The notes beneath the pieces were generated by a model. The model saw only the letters and a list, made by a program, of their open reading frames with translations. It was not told the origin of the DNA and made no database searches. Position numbers and translations under genes: made by a program. A stretch of DNA of 64,000 nucleotides from Thainema sp. (GTDB taxonomy: Bacteria > Cyanobacteriota > Cyanobacteriia > Phormidesmidales > Phormidesmidaceae): NCBI GenBank assembly GCA_052168235.1, contig JBQLZK010000010.1:71074-135073 (forward strand), in the 5' to 3' direction. Positions 54,553 through 63,552 of this stretch are shown in pieces. The number at the start of each line of letters is the position of its first letter. Position 1 is the stretch's first letter.

Positions 54553-55650
54553 CTACGCGGCGGTTTCCTCTAGGAAAGGATAGTCGATATAGCCTTGCTC
54601 GTCGCCACCATAGAAGCTATCGCGGTCGTAGTCGTTGAGGGGCGCTTTCAGTTCAAAGCGCTTGGGTAGATCGGGGTTGGAGATAAACAGACGACCGTAG
54701 GCAATCAGGTCAGCGTTCCCCGTGGCCAATTCTTCGTTACCCGACTCGCGATCAAAACCACCTGCGGCAATGATCGTGCCGTTATAAATCGGACGGAAGA
54801 ACGCCGAGCCGATGTTGACGTTGTTCACATCATCAATGCGGGGTTCAATAATATGGATGTAAGCCAAGTCAAACCCATTGAGCTGTTCAGCCACATAGCG
54901 GAAGAGCGTAGCCGGATCGGAATCCGACATATCGTTGAAGCTGCCGCTGGGGGAGAGCCGAATGCCAACCCGATCGCCGCCCCAGACATCGACAACCGCT
55001 TGAGTGACTTCTAGTAACAACCGTGCCCGATTCTCAACGGAACCACCGTAGCGATCGGTGCGCTGGTTAGTGCCGTTGCGCAAAAACTGATCCAGCAGGT
55101 AACCATTAGCACTGTGAATTTCAACGCCGTCAAAACCTGCGGCCAAGGCGTTTTGAGCACCGAGACGATACTGCTCAACAATGCCCGGAATCTCTTCCGT
55201 TTCCAAAGCGCGAGGCGTGACAAATGGCTTCATTCCTTCATACGTGGACGCTTCACCAGCGGGCTTAATGGCGCTGGGAGCAACAGGCAACTCGCCGTTG
55301 GGCTGGAGGTCTGGGTGAGAAATGCGGCCCACATGCCAAAGCTGGAGAAAGATTTTGCCGCCTGCATCGTGAACGGCCTGGGTGACTTTTTTCCAGCCTT
55401 CTACCTGCTCATCGGAGTAGATGCCGGGTGTGTTGGGATAGCCCAAACCTTGCGGCGCGACTTGGGATGCTTCAGAAATAATCAACCCAGCCGATGCCCG
55501 CTGACGATAGTATTCCGCGTTCATCTCATGGGGAACGTTACCTTCGCCTGCTCGATTGCGGGTGAGGGGAGCCATGACCATGCGATTGGGCAAGGTATAG
55601 CGACCGAGTTGCACGGGGGTAAACAAATCGACTTGAGTTGCCGTTGTCAT
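54553..55650 (-). CDS. Old yellow enzyme / alkene reductase (NemA-like)
   Basis: MAPLTR, QLWHVGR, EIHSANGYL, RTDRYGGS, NPDLP, FYGG...GYIDYP. Confidence 0.93.
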   Translation of the reverse strand: MTTATQVDLFTPVQLGRYTLPNRMVMAPLTRNRAGEGNVPHEMNAEYYRQRASAGLIISEASQVAPQGLGYPNTPGIYSDEQVEGWKKVTQAVHDAGGKIFLQLWHVGRISHPDLQPNGELPVAPSAIKPAGEASTYEGMKPFVTPRALETEEIPGIVEQYRLGAQNALAAGFDGVEIHSANGYLLDQFLRNGTNQRTDRYGGSVENRARLLLEVTQAVVDVWGGDRVGIRLSPSGSFNDMSDSDPATLFRYVAEQLNGFDLAYIHIIEPRIDDVNNVNIGSAFFRPIYNGTIIAAGGFDRESGNEELATGNADLIAYGRLFISNPDLPKRFELKAPLNDYDRDSFYGGDEQGYIDYPFLEETAA

Positions 55651-55871
55651 ATAAAGCCTTCCTGTTGATGGTCTCAGTGTTTAGTAGTGGATGGGTAGGC
55701 GGGTGGGTGAGTGGTGGTTGAATTGAATTGGTATGCGATTTGTGGGTTATGGCCGTCGTCACTTTGGTCAAAACATTAGAGCGTTTTGAAAACGTTTGAA
55801 CGTTGGATTGTGTGGATGTCCCCAAAGAAACGGTTGCAAGCCTGCGATCGCAACTTAACACCTCACCGAAA

Positions 55872-55905
55872 GTTCAATAGTTCAAAAATCATCGAACAAT
55901 TGAAC
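55872..55905. promoter_or_regulatory. Putative operator of the ArsR-family repressor
   Basis: Inverted repeat GTTCAATAGTTC-N10-GAACAATTGAAC between the divergent OYE and ArsR genes. Confidence 0.6.
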
Positions 55906-55933
55906 AATAGCATTCATTTGGCATAATGACAAC

Positions 55934-56260
55934 ATGAGAACCTTAAATCACCCTGCAACGGAAGACCTCTCTCTCTCGGCTGTGCTGTATGCGCTGAGCG
56001 ACAACTATCGGTTAGAAATCGTGCGACGACTGGCGAATCAAGGTGAGCTAACCTGTGGGTCGCTGGCGATGCCTGTGGCCAAATCTACGCTGTCGCATCA
56101 CTTCAAGGTATTGCGGGAGTCTGGGTTAATCTACAGCCGAACGGAAGGCCGAGAATGCTTTAATTCACTGCGTCGTGAGGATCTGGACGAGCGTTTTCCA
56201 GGTCTAATTGAGGCGATTTTGAGCGCGAGTGAACCGCTTGATATCGGTTCTACGAATTAG
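55934..56260 (+). CDS. ArsR/SmtB family transcriptional regulator
   Basis: ALSDNYRLEIV...KSTLSHHFKVLRESGLI...GRE wHTH. Confidence 0.9.
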   Translation: MRTLNHPATEDLSLSAVLYALSDNYRLEIVRRLANQGELTCGSLAMPVAKSTLSHHFKVLRESGLIYSRTEGRECFNSLRREDLDERFPGLIEAILSASEPLDIGSTN

Positions 56261-56289
56261 CGTTACAGAAATCAGTGCTGAGGACTGGG

Positions 56290-56316
56290 AATTTTGGATT
56301 TTAGATTTTGGATTTA
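56290..56316. repeat. Short tandem heptamer repeat (GGATTTT/AGATTTT)
   Basis: ATTTTGGATTTTAGATTTTGGATTTAG; reverse complement of the 1763-1800 family. Confidence 0.7.
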
Positions 56317-56550
56317 GAAGGCTGAAAATCACGTGCTGAAAAAGCATGAAACCTGTTCTACGTCTTACGCCTCACTCCTTACTCCTCTCGCCTCACTTTT
56401 TAAGTGCTGAGTATTAATTTGTAGCCACAATCTAGAAATGTTGATTGACTCAAAATCTTAAGTTGAACAAAAACTGTGTTGATTTAAACAACAATCAGAG
56501 GTTAATGCTTGTATACAGAATGCAAGACGGTATTTACCTAATCACAATCA

Positions 56551-57225
56551 ATGGGTTATTCATTTGATTTTTCAGTCATCTGGGAAAATCTAGATGTCGT
56601 GTTGGCGGGAGCTTGGCTAACGCTCAAGATGTCGCTACTTGCGATCGCATTTGGCTTGGTCATTGGTATCCTTGGCTCCTTGTTTCGCACCTCTGGCAAT
56701 AAGCTGCTGAATGGAATTGCGCTGGCCTATGTGGAAATTATTCGGAATACGCCCTATCTGATTCAGCTCTTTTTTATCTTCTTTGGCCTGCCCAATTTAG
56801 GAATTAAGCTTTCTGCGGAACAGGCCGCAATTGTATCTTTGGCAATCAATTTTGGAGCTTATTCCACTGAAATTGTTCGGGCAGGTGTCGAAAGTATTCC
56901 CAAGGGCCAAATCGAAGCAGGGTTGGCAATTGGCTTCAAGAAATTGTCAGTCTTTCGCTATATTGTAGTGCCGCCTGCTCTGGCTAATATTTATCCATCG
57001 CTGATTGGTCAGGTAATCCTAGCCGTTCTATTTACGAGTGTCGTCTCGCAAATTGCGGCAGAGGATTTAACCTATGCAGGCAATTTCTTGAACTCAAGGA
57101 CATTTCGCAGCTTCGAGATTTATTTCACATTAGCGCTGCTCTATCTGGCGATTGTCTGGATTGTCAAAGCAATGGCATATCTGGTCGAATTACGCTTCTT
57201 TGAATTCGCCAAATATCGAAAATAA
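56551..57225 (+). CDS. Polar amino-acid ABC transporter permease (HisM/Q family)
   Basis: RNTPYLIQL and EAA loop AYSTEIVRAGVESIPKGQIEAG. Confidence 0.92.
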   Translation: MGYSFDFSVIWENLDVVLAGAWLTLKMSLLAIAFGLVIGILGSLFRTSGNKLLNGIALAYVEIIRNTPYLIQLFFIFFGLPNLGIKLSAEQAAIVSLAINFGAYSTEIVRAGVESIPKGQIEAGLAIGFKKLSVFRYIVVPPALANIYPSLIGQVILAVLFTSVVSQIAAEDLTYAGNFLNSRTFRSFEIYFTLALLYLAIVWIVKAMAYLVELRFFEFAKYRK

Positions 57226-57228
57226 TCC

Positions 57229-57403
57229 GTAGGGTGTGCTAGGCGAAGCCGTAACGCACCTTTCTAGGAGATCTATTTGAGATTATATCTAGATTATTGT
57301 TGGGTTTCGTGCCTCAACCCAACCTACAAAATCTGAAGGGCCAAGCGTTCTGGCAAATGTATCTGTTTTCAAAAAAGAAATCAGCAGAATGCTTTGCCCC
57401 TGC
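57229..57403. repeat. Cluster of three REP-like elements (57229-57260, 57298-57327, 57335-57403)
   Basis: GTAGGGTGTGCTAGG..GTAACGCACC; TGTTGGGTTTCG..CAACCCAACCTAC; AGGGCCAAGCGTTC...GAATGCTTTGCCCCT. Confidence 0.65.
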
Positions 57404-57435
57404 GGAATGAATTTACTAAAAAAACTGAATTTAAA

Positions 57436-58083
57436 ATGGATGGATTTACTGTTTCACGTATTTTTCTAAATTTACTAATTGCCACTAAGTGGACGCTGAT
57501 TCTATCTGCGATCGCATTTATCGGTGGTGGGTTCTTTGGCTTTCTGATTACCTTGATGCGGATTTCGTCGATTCAGTGGCTCAAGGGCATCAGTTGGGCC
57601 TATATCGAATTTTTTCAGGGAACGCCGCTGCTGCTTCAGCTCTTTTTGGCTTTCTTTGGCCTTTCGGTTCTGACGGGCGTGAATCTCTCGCCGCTACAGG
57701 CTGCAACCTTGGCGTTGACGGCGTATACCAGTGCGTTCCTGGGCGACATTTGGCGAGGTGCGATCGCAGCCGTGCCGCCAGGACAGTGGGAAGCTGGGTC
57801 AGCGATTGGCTTTGGCTATTTTGACCAGTTGCGGCTGATTATTTTGCCCCAGGCAATTAAACTTGCGATCGCACCGACGGTTGGCTTCTTGGTGCAGGTG
57901 ATTAAAGGAACGTCGCTGGCGTCGATTATTGGCTTTACAGAACTTTCGCGGGCGGCAGCGTTGATCAACAACGTCACCTTGCAGTCGCTGCTGATTTTTG
58001 GCTTAGCGGGCGTCATTTACTTCGCCATTTGCTATCCGCTCTCGGCCTGGAGCCAGCGTCTAGAAAAGAAATTGTCGTATTAG
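57436..58083 (+). CDS. Polar amino-acid ABC transporter permease
   Basis: QGTPLLLQL, IWRGAIAAVPPGQWEA, IKGTSLAS; ATG 57436. Confidence 0.92.
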   Translation: MDGFTVSRIFLNLLIATKWTLILSAIAFIGGGFFGFLITLMRISSIQWLKGISWAYIEFFQGTPLLLQLFLAFFGLSVLTGVNLSPLQAATLALTAYTSAFLGDIWRGAIAAVPPGQWEAGSAIGFGYFDQLRLIILPQAIKLAIAPTVGFLVQVIKGTSLASIIGFTELSRAAALINNVTLQSLLIFGLAGVIYFAICYPLSAWSQRLEKKLSY

Positions 58084-58154
58084 TACCGCATCCAGCTTGT
58101 TTGGTGAATTGACCTAAGGATCGTGAATTAAATAGCCTGTCAATCGTTCCATCC

Positions 58155-58183
58155 GTAGAGACACGGCAATGCCGTGTCCCTAC
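58155..58183. repeat. REP-like palindrome GTAGAGACACGGCAATGCCGTGTCCCTAC
   Basis: Near-perfect palindrome with GTAG and CTAC ends. Confidence 0.75.
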
Positions 58184-58285
58184 CCCAAAGATTACACCTT
58201 ATTAAATTCATGTTCCTAACTTGGCAAACTTGGCAGATCTTTTATTCGAGAATCTTTCGCTATGGTGGCAGACGTATTACGGGCA

Positions 58286-59155
58286 ATGTTTCCCAAGGGT
58301 TTACAGCGATGGCTAGCACTGTTTTTGGTCAGCCTGGGCTTAATCGCCAGCATTGGTGCGTGTTCCGGTGGTGATTCCGGTAGCGTCTCGTCCACAGGTT
58401 CTGCCACGAATGTGTCGGTGCTGCAACCTGCTGGTGCATCGCTACCGGATATCCAAGAGGCCGGAGTCGTCAAAGTCGCCGTGCCAGCCGATTTTCCACC
58501 CTTTGGCTTTGTCAGTCCCACAATGGAGCCGATTGGCTACGACATCGATATGGCCAAGGCACTCGCCGAGGGCTTAAACGTTGAGGCCGAGGTGATCCCC
58601 GTCATCGGTAACTACCGCATTCCGTTCTTGCAAACGGGGCGGGTTGATTTAATCATTTCTAGCCTGGGGAAAAACGACGAGCGCGATTTGATTATTGACT
58701 TCTCCGAAGCCTATGCGCCCTTCTTCTCCGGTGTGTACGGTGGCCCTGATCTGGAACTTCAGTCCGTCGATGATCTCGTTGGATACTCCATCGGCGTCGC
58801 GCAGGGAGCGCTAGAAGATCTGGAGGTTTCTAAACTGGCAGAAGGCAAAAATATTGATATCAAGCGCTACGCCAATAATAGTTTGACCGCTTCTGCGCTC
58901 ATTTCAGGACAGGTAGATGCGATCGCAACAGGTAATATCGTGGCCGCTCGGCTGATTCAAGACAATCCGGATAAGCAAATTGAAAGCAAGTTTATTCTGA
59001 AAAATTCACCCTGCTATGTCGGAGTACGAGAAGGCGACACCGAACTCGTCAGCGCAGTCAACACCATCATTGCCGATCTGAAGCAGTCTGGTCGTCTCGA
59101 TCAAATGTCGCAATACTGGTTCGGCGAACCGCTACCAGAAGATTTGTCAGCGTAA
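58286..59155 (+). CDS. Amino-acid ABC transporter substrate-binding lipoprotein (SBP family 3)
   Basis: Lipobox IGAC, DFPPFGF, GYDIDMA, RIPFLQTGRVD, IDFS. Confidence 0.92.
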   Translation: MFPKGLQRWLALFLVSLGLIASIGACSGGDSGSVSSTGSATNVSVLQPAGASLPDIQEAGVVKVAVPADFPPFGFVSPTMEPIGYDIDMAKALAEGLNVEAEVIPVIGNYRIPFLQTGRVDLIISSLGKNDERDLIIDFSEAYAPFFSGVYGGPDLELQSVDDLVGYSIGVAQGALEDLEVSKLAEGKNIDIKRYANNSLTASALISGQVDAIATGNIVAARLIQDNPDKQIESKFILKNSPCYVGVREGDTELVSAVNTIIADLKQSGRLDQMSQYWFGEPLPEDLSA

Positions 59156-59162
59156 AGGTTAC

Positions 59163-59190
59163 GTAGGGGCGAATGGCCATTCGCCCCTAC
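59163..59190. repeat. Perfect 28-bp REP-like palindrome
   Basis: GTAGGGGCGAATGGCCATTCGCCCCTAC. Confidence 0.85.
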
Positions 59191-59252
59191 CGAATGCGAA
59201 AAACTTCCCGATACGTCAACACCTCAGCCAGAAACACCACTAGGAGACCTCA

Positions 59253-60041
59253 ATGGCTTATTCTCAACCCGATGCCAACCGCTCCAGTACTGCAACCCTT
59301 GATACCCAACCCGTCATCGTCGCTAAAAACATTGAAAAGTGGTACGGCAACGGTTTTCATGTCCTCAAAGGCGTCAGCTTAACCGTCAACAAAGGGGAAG
59401 TGGTGGTGCTGATGGGGCCATCCGGTTCAGGAAAATCCACGTTTATTCGTACGTTCAACGGTTTGGAACCGTACCAGGGCGGCAGCATTGAAATTGATGG
59501 CACCCCGATTGCCCATAACAACAAAGGGATTGAGCTGATTCGCCGTGAAGTTGGCATGGTCTTCCAGCAGTTCAACCTGTTCCCGCACTTGACCGTACTG
59601 AAGAATATCACCCTCGGCCCCACGCGTCTGCGCCGCATCCCTAAGCCAGAAGCCGAAAGGATGGCGATGGAACTCCTCGATCGGGTGGGGATTGCCCACC
59701 AAGCCCACAAATATCCCGGTCAACTTTCTGGCGGACAACAGCAGCGAGTTGCGATCGCACGTGCTCTGGCAATGCGGCCCAAAGTGATGCTGTTCGATGA
59801 ACCGACTTCGGCGCTTGATCCGGAGATGGTGCGCGAGGTGCTAGACGTGATGCGAGCGCTAGCGGAATCGGGCATGACAATGGTGTGCGTCACCCACGAA
59901 GTTGGCTTTGCTCGTGAAGTCGCTGACCGAATTATCTTCCTAGCCGATGGTCAACTCGTCGCAGATACAACGCCCGCCCAATTTTTCAACAACCCCGCCG
60001 AGGAACGAGTGCAAAAGTTTCTGTCCCAGATTTTGCACTGA
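59253..60041 (+). CDS. Polar amino-acid ABC transporter ATP-binding protein (GlnQ family)
   Basis: [41 protein letters not shown]. Confidence 0.95.
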   Translation: MAYSQPDANRSSTATLDTQPVIVAKNIEKWYGNGFHVLKGVSLTVNKGEVVVLMGPSGSGKSTFIRTFNGLEPYQGGSIEIDGTPIAHNNKGIELIRREVGMVFQQFNLFPHLTVLKNITLGPTRLRRIPKPEAERMAMELLDRVGIAHQAHKYPGQLSGGQQQRVAIARALAMRPKVMLFDEPTSALDPEMVREVLDVMRALAESGMTMVCVTHEVGFAREVADRIIFLADGQLVADTTPAQFFNNPAEERVQKFLSQILH

Positions 60042-60528
60042 TATTTCAGATTCCTGCAAATGTTGGTTTACGCCGTGTTGAGAGGTTGGAAAGTGCGATC
60101 GCGCTACAAGATCTGCGATCGCAGGCGAGAGGATGAATTCCCACAAATTCCCAATGATATAGATAGGATAAGGTGCATTACGTTCCACGTTGTTTCGCTA
60201 ATGCACCCTATATGCTCTGCGATCGCACTATGGGGTATGAAGACGAATAACTAGCCAGTTAAACTGCATCGCACTTTCCTCGTCTCAAATTGATGGCAAT
60301 GTGCGATCGCATCCTCAAACCGCGATTTCACTTTCATACTTTCCAAACCGCGATCGCACCCTCAAACCGCGATCTCAACTCTCCAGAGCGCAATTTCTGT
60401 ATAGCACCGATAATGAATGATGGATGAGATGGTGCGTTCAAGAAATACCAATGCTATAACCGACAAAGGTTGTGTTGAGGTACGCATCTTAGCAGGATCT
60501 GGTTGTCACAAAATCTGGGAGTTTGATC

Positions 60529-60750
60529 ATGCACATCACACTACGAAAAATGGATGGCTCCCTTGGGACTACGTTTCCTCAAGAAGTTTTGGATAAATTC
60601 AATTTGAAGGAAGGGGATGCGCTGACTGTCGTGGTGATGGAGGATGGCATTAAGCTAATGGCTTATGATCCAGAGTTTGAGCAGGTGATGGAAGCCTATC
60701 GGCAAGGTGCATCGGAGTATCGCAATGCCATGCAGCAATTAGCTGAGTGA
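60529..60750 (+). CDS. AbrB/MazE-type antitoxin (Doc-partner-like), orphan
   Basis: LRKMDGSLGTTFPQEVLDKFNLKEGD...YDPEFEQVM...YRNAMQQLA. Confidence 0.8.
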   Translation: MHITLRKMDGSLGTTFPQEVLDKFNLKEGDALTVVVMEDGIKLMAYDPEFEQVMEAYRQGASEYRNAMQQLAE

Positions 60751-60870
60751 AGAGAAATAAATCGATAGCAAGTGATGAAATGAAATGATATATTTCGAAA
60801 GTATCAATTCTAACCAATAAAAGTTGCGTTAATTACACATCCCAAACTACAGGATGATTATCAATAAGCG

Positions 60871-62694
60871 ATGATCCAACAAGATGATATTTTGCTTGAA
60901 GGTTTTGGATTTTCTGGCTATAGGAGTTTTGGTAATGAGTTAGTAAAGATCGCTCCTTTGCGGAAGATAAATTTAGTAATTGGACAAAATAATATTGGAA
61001 AGTCTAACATCATTAATTTCTTAAAACGACATTATCCCTTTCTGATACTACAAGCGAAAAATAAAGATGGAAGCAACTTAATGCAGAAAATAGAAATGAA
61101 GAAAGGTCGCCTTTTTTCTGATATAGATCGCCCTAAGTATGATTCAAATGAGCCAATAAAACATAAAATCGCGTTCCCATTATCGTGGAATAAGTTCGAT
61201 GACTATATAATCCAAAAATCTAAAAATAAAAATCAGATATATATAGGGATTGAGTTGGCAAAAAAAGCTTTAAAGGCCAACTTTCCATATGATGAGAATC
61301 ACATTTGGTTTGTGTACGGATCAGACTCCATAAACGGCAAATTTGAATTAGTTATTAATGTCAACAAAATACTTCCTGTTCTAGAACAAAATCAATGGTA
61401 TGACCTTTGGAATCGACTTACAGCATCTACAGGCGGAGGTCTTCATCAAGATTGGATACCGCAAACAATGAATGCGTTATCATATATTCCTGAATCAATA
61501 CCCAACATCGAAGTTGTTCCAGCCATCAGAAAAATAGGTCAATCTAAAAGTGAAGAGCTAGATTTTAGTGGCGAAGGAATTATTGAACGGCTAGCAAAAA
61601 TACAAAACCCTTCTCTGGATAAACAAGAAGAAAGAAAGAAATTTATAGCTATAAACGAGTTTATCCAAAATGTACTAGAAAATCCAACGGCAAATATTGA
61701 GATTCCTCATGAAAGAGACATGATTCTTGTACACATGGATGGAAAAACGCTTCCTCTAGAGTCGCTGGGTACAGGTGTTCATGAAGTCATCATCTTAGCC
61801 GCAGCAGCAACTCTGCTTGAAAAAACAGTTTTATGTGTTGAGGAACCTGAATTACATCTCCATCCTTTGTTACAGAAGAAGCTTCTAAACTATTTATTTA
61901 ACAAAACTAACAATCAGTATTTATTTACAACTCACTCAGCCCATTTATTGGATGCGGTTGAAGAAGCAGAAATATTCCACGTTACTCAAAAAAACGGAGA
62001 ATCTATTGTTGAGGCTGTTTTTAGTACCAAGCAAAAGTCAAATATATGCAATGATTTAGGGTATAAAGCATCAGACATTTTACAAGCTAATTGTATTATT
62101 TGGGTTGAAGGTCCATCGGATCGTATTTATATTAATTACTGGCTAAATAGTAAGCGAAAGGATTTAGTTGAAGGTATTCACTACTCCATTATGTTTTATG
62201 GAGGCAGGCTGTTTAGCCATTTAACAGCTTTAGATGACGATGAGGTGGCTGAACAAATAATAGAGGATTTAATTTCAGTAAGAAATCTAAATAGAAATGC
62301 TGTTATTGTATTCGATAGTGATAAACCTAAACCTCAATCAAGAATTTCAAGAACAAAAAAACGTCTCGAAGATGAATTTAATCAGGGGCCAGGATTTGCA
62401 TGGATTACTAAAGGTAGAGAAATAGAAAACTATTTAGACATGAATAAAGTGGAAGAAGCTGTTCTTAACATACACTCTAAATCCGCTAAAAGACTTATTC
62501 AAAAAGATAGGTGGTCAAATTTGCTTAAATATGAAAAGCAGCGTACTGGAGAGAAAGAAACTGCAAATAAAGTCAAAGTTGCTCAATATTATACTAAGCA
62601 TAATAGCCTTCCTGATTTCAATATTCTTGATCTGAATAAACGGCTTGATCAGCTGATAAAATTTATATTAGAATCTAATGGTTACGCAGTATAA
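60871..62694 (+). CDS. OLD-like ATP-dependent nuclease (ABC-ATPase plus TOPRIM)
   Basis: GYRSF, Walker A GQNNIGKS, signature LGTG, Walker B CVEEPELHLHP, TTHS, TOPRIM IWVEGPSD and FDSD, REIENY; AT-rich. Confidence 0.85.
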   Translation: MIQQDDILLEGFGFSGYRSFGNELVKIAPLRKINLVIGQNNIGKSNIINFLKRHYPFLILQAKNKDGSNLMQKIEMKKGRLFSDIDRPKYDSNEPIKHKIAFPLSWNKFDDYIIQKSKNKNQIYIGIELAKKALKANFPYDENHIWFVYGSDSINGKFELVINVNKILPVLEQNQWYDLWNRLTASTGGGLHQDWIPQTMNALSYIPESIPNIEVVPAIRKIGQSKSEELDFSGEGIIERLAKIQNPSLDKQEERKKFIAINEFIQNVLENPTANIEIPHERDMILVHMDGKTLPLESLGTGVHEVIILAAAATLLEKTVLCVEEPELHLHPLLQKKLLNYLFNKTNNQYLFTTHSAHLLDAVEEAEIFHVTQKNGESIVEAVFSTKQKSNICNDLGYKASDILQANCIIWVEGPSDRIYINYWLNSKRKDLVEGIHYSIMFYGGRLFSHLTALDDDEVAEQIIEDLISVRNLNRNAVIVFDSDKPKPQSRISRTKKRLEDEFNQGPGFAWITKGREIENYLDMNKVEEAVLNIHSKSAKRLIQKDRWSNLLKYEKQRTGEKETANKVKVAQYYTKHNSLPDFNILDLNKRLDQLIKFILESNGYAV

Positions 62695-62746
62695 GAAAGA
62701 AATTTTCTTTGCATGCTATTATATTGTGACAGGTTTGATAAAATGA

Positions 62747-62803
62747 TTAAGCATTAATCGCAACTAATGTATTTGTATCAAAAACAAACCGAGAGCTAGT
62801 CAT
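62747..62803 (-). pseudogene. Truncated PIN-domain toxin (N-terminal stub)
   Basis: MTSSRFVFDTNTLVAINA* carries the PIN beta-1 motif (FVFDTN); its ATG overlaps the end of the upstream antitoxin gene. Confidence 0.65.
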
Positions 62804-63018
62804 CCTGGAGCAGCATGCATATTCAAAGTTTCTTGCGTTAGTCCATTTGCACGAGCTTGAGCTTGTATATCATCAATAATTTCATCCAAAGAACGCTCTT
62901 TCATCGTTTGCTTCAGCCAAGCATTTAGCAAAAGCTGTATTCTCTATTGTTTGTCTGGAGCGGCTTCTCGAAAAGCTTTAGCAATCTCCGAATCGACCTG
63001 AATTGTAATAGCTTCCAT
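62796..63018 (-). pseudogene. Antitoxin-like pseudogene
   Basis: MEAITIQVDSEIAKAFREAAPDKQ*RIQLLLNAWLKQTMKERSLDEIIDDIQAQARANGLTQETLN..; in-frame TAG at 62944-62946 and a 4-nt ATGC duplication near 62813-62820. Confidence 0.7.
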
Positions 63019-63123
63019 TGTTAGACATCCTCGTATAATAAATGACTAATTTTTCTGTTTATTTATTCGATTTAAATTCAAAATTTGATCTTAAACATTA
63101 GAGAAAAAATCAAGCTGTTCGGA

Positions 63124-63552
63124 TTACTTCGAAGATAACCAAGGATTTACAATCGTAAGATTTGTGCCATCGAAATCGTCTTCGTTACGAGTGACCAACA
63201 CTAGAGAGTGCTGAGTAGCAATTGCCGCAATAAAAGAATCCATTACTGGAAGCGTTCTTCCTTTCCGCTCTAGTTCTGCTACCAATCTTCCCCAAAGCAA
63301 CATTGTCTGTAAATCAATATTGATAATGCGCCCTGAGAACCGAGCAGGCAGATCTTGCTCTAGCCAATGCATCAAGGTTTGTTGACGTTGAGATGGGGCA
63401 AGCTTATGAATTCCCTTTGCAATTTCACCCATCGTAATGACACTTAAATACAGCGTTTCAGGATCTTGAGCATCGAGCCAATCTAAAACTCGTTGTTGTG
63501 GCTTCTTAGCAACTGCTTCAGAAATTAGGCATGTATCAAGCAAGTAGCTCAT
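63124..63552 (-). CDS. vapC: VapC-family PIN toxin
   Basis: YLLDTCLISE, SVITMGEI, DSFIAAIA, LVTRNEDDF. Confidence 0.92.
   Translation of the reverse strand: MSYLLDTCLISEAVAKKPQQRVLDWLDAQDPETLYLSVITMGEIAKGIHKLAPSQRQQTLMHWLEQDLPARFSGRIINIDLQTMLLWGRLVAELERKGRTLPVMDSFIAAIATQHSLVLVTRNEDDFDGTNLTIVNPWLSSK

Noticed and set aside
56420..56492. NtcA box upstream of the amino-acid transporter
   Set aside because: GTA-N8-CTA and TGTG-N8-AACA do not match GTA-N8-TAC well enough
60871..62694. Gabija or retron system
   Set aside because: No UvrD-like helicase or reverse transcriptase next to the OLD-like gene within the window
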